Under the pieces are notes generated by a model. That model saw nothing but the letters and a program-made list of their open reading frames with translations. It did not search any database and was not told the DNA's origin. Positions 33,726 through 35,153 of a stretch of 35,153 nucleotides of DNA are shown piece by piece (position 1 is the first letter of the stretch; each line of letters begins with the position of its first letter). The DNA is taken from positions 37,797,675 to 37,832,827 of the forward strand of contig NC_068988.1 in the NCBI RefSeq assembly GCF_001194135.2, read 5' to 3'. Made by a program: the position numbers and the translations under genes. The DNA comes from Octopus bimaculoides. Taxonomy: Eukaryota.

Positions 33726-34157
33726 TTAACACTTTTGTTATCATATTTGTTGAAATACACTGCTTTTGTCTCAATTAATTTTGAAAATGAAGACTAGTAA
33801 AATAGCAGTCATTATTAAGTTGGTGTTTAAGGTAGTGAGCAGACAGAATTGTTAGCATGCCAGATTAAATGCTTGGCAGCATTTTGTCTGTGTTTACATT
33901 TTGAGTTTATATTCTGCCAAAGCTGACTTTGTCTTTCATTCTTTCAGGTCGATAAAATAAGTACCAGTCAAGGCCCTAAGGTCAATGTAATCAATTAGCC
34001 CCTTCTCATCAAAATTCCAGGCCTATAACAGAAAGAATCATTAAATTTGATGTTTGGGGCATAAACATATCTGAAATTTTAATGGAAGTTTTTAATTCAA
34101 ATAATTTTGAAACAGGACCAGGAGCAGTCTCAAGTAGGTTGGTATCTTAAGGGTTAA
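33726..34157 (-). mobile_element. TTAA-flanked MITE interrupted by a SINE family C copy (about 33826-34025, + strand)
   Basis: ttaacacttttg...aagggttaa ends; halves resemble 23874-24090; central part carries gtcgataaaataagtaccag. Confidence 0.6.
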
Positions 34158-34367
34158 AACAGTAGGCCCAATGATCCCTGTTTAAAAGCTTCCTGTAGAA
34201 GACTTCCTCTTTTCTTTATGTCAAGACAGCATCATAGACAAAACTAATTTTAGCCCCCACACAGTTGTTCACACTTTCTTCTTATAAACAGCTTTTGATC
34301 AGTATGTACCAGCTTATTGAATTGCTGAGAAAATAGAAACACAATTCTCCAGCTAAAATTGTATATT

Positions 34368-34515
34368 GGGTTATGAGAACAGCTGCATAAAAGAGAGCCG
34401 ATCTCTAATTGCAGAGGGAACCTGTGGAAGGAGTAAACCCTGGAAGACATGGGATGAAGTGGTGAGAAAGGATCTTCAGATGCTGGGCCTCACTGAAGAG
34501 ATGACAAGGGACCAA
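34368..34515 (+). mobile_element. RTE LINE RT C-terminal fragment
   Basis: ENSCIKESRSLIAEGTCGRSKPWKTWDEVVRKDLQMLGLTEEMTRD; same segment as 4820-4950. Confidence 0.8.
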
Positions 34516-34517
34516 TT

Positions 34518-34800
34518 CTCTCTCTCACACTGTCTTGCAACACGAAATACCTCAAGTCTTTGGTCCTCATGGCGCAGAACATTGGCAAATTTCTTCGTAT
34601 TTGCTTCCCCTCTGGCTAAATAAACCTGTCGTCCAGCTTCCTTTCTGGCAGTCTGATACAATTCCCTGCTACCAACGTTCTTCCAGTCCTTCCAAGCTTG
34701 TTTCTTTTGTCTAATAGCCCTGTCAACAACATTATTCCACCACATTATTCTGGGTTGAGAGGGGACTTTGTACCATCCACATATCTGGTCAGTGGCCCTC
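34518..34800 (-). mobile_element. RTE LINE fragment, linker between endonuclease and RT
   Basis: Open frame WWNNVVDRAIRQKKQAWKDWK...LYQTARKEAGRQVYLARGEA, typical of the RTE post-APE WWN motif region. Confidence 0.78.
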
Positions 34801-34810
34801 ATATATAATA

Positions 34811-35085
34811 CTAGCAGAGATACCTGACTTTGCCCGTGTCACATGGAATTGAATAATTATATTTTCTCTAATGACCTGGAATAGTTATGATTCGAAATTC
34901 ATCAAAATTGCAGATTAAGAATTTTAATAACAGTCCTCTTCCTCTTTACACACGCTAACAAAAATTCTTATCATGACATATTTATCGCATACTACTCATC
35001 GTTATGCCCAGTTTCCAAAATCCAAATCTTATGAAACTTATTCAAAGGTTTTAGCTCCTGAAAAATGGAACACATGGAGCTCTAA
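34811..35085 (-). mobile_element. Helitron-like 3' terminus
   Basis: Reverse strand reads acacgggcaaagtcaggt (decayed hairpin)-atctctg-CTAG-T; left boundary exact, right boundary uncertain. Confidence 0.45.
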
Positions 35086-35111
35086 ATATATATATATACA
35101 TATAATATATT

Positions 35112-35153
<42 letters not shown>
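35086..35153. repeat. (TA)n microsatellite
   Basis: Directly visible. Confidence 0.95.

Noticed and set aside
1-35153. Most 60-120 aa ORFs in the supplied track
   Set aside because: They arise from SINE, MITE or microsatellite sequence, from antisense frames of the LINE and mariner, or from read-through around true exons.
1-35153. CRISPR array, rRNA, prokaryotic operon or snoRNA
   Set aside because: No regularly spaced repeats or rRNA-like sequence; the spliced gene structure is eukaryotic; UGAUGA boxes are explained by (TGA)n retroelement tails.

Overview
AT-rich, repeat-dense eukaryotic DNA; the SINE, RTE and MITE families resemble those of octopus (inference from repeat recognition). The window is almost entirely the body of one minus-strand gene, nucleoporin NUP214/CAN. 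I traced 17 GT-AG coding exons (32252 down to 2508). They join in phase into 3027 nt (1009 codons) with no stop, covering the N-terminal beta-propeller, an FG-containing linker, the coiled coil and the SPxKQxQLR segment. The ATG exon was not found and is probably beyond the right edge; the C-terminal FG domain lies beyond the left edge. Introns hold a Penelope-like GIY-YIG end, two mariner relics, about 1.9 kb of a CR1/Jockey-group LINE with a CCCH-finger ORF1, RTE fragments, three tRNA-derived SINE families, TTAA-flanked MITEs, microsatellites and two N gaps. I see no clearly new multi-gene system. The best leads are RNA-level: a decayed hammerhead-like motif overlapping a 46-bp hairpin whose six arm differences are all G-U pairs on the pre-mRNA strand; two more long intronic hairpins; a LINE 5' half fused to an RTE-type 3' tail; and a stop-free 204-nt antisense exon candidate. 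Exon boundaries were read base by base; repeat boundaries are approximate; homology calls rest on recalled motifs, not searches.
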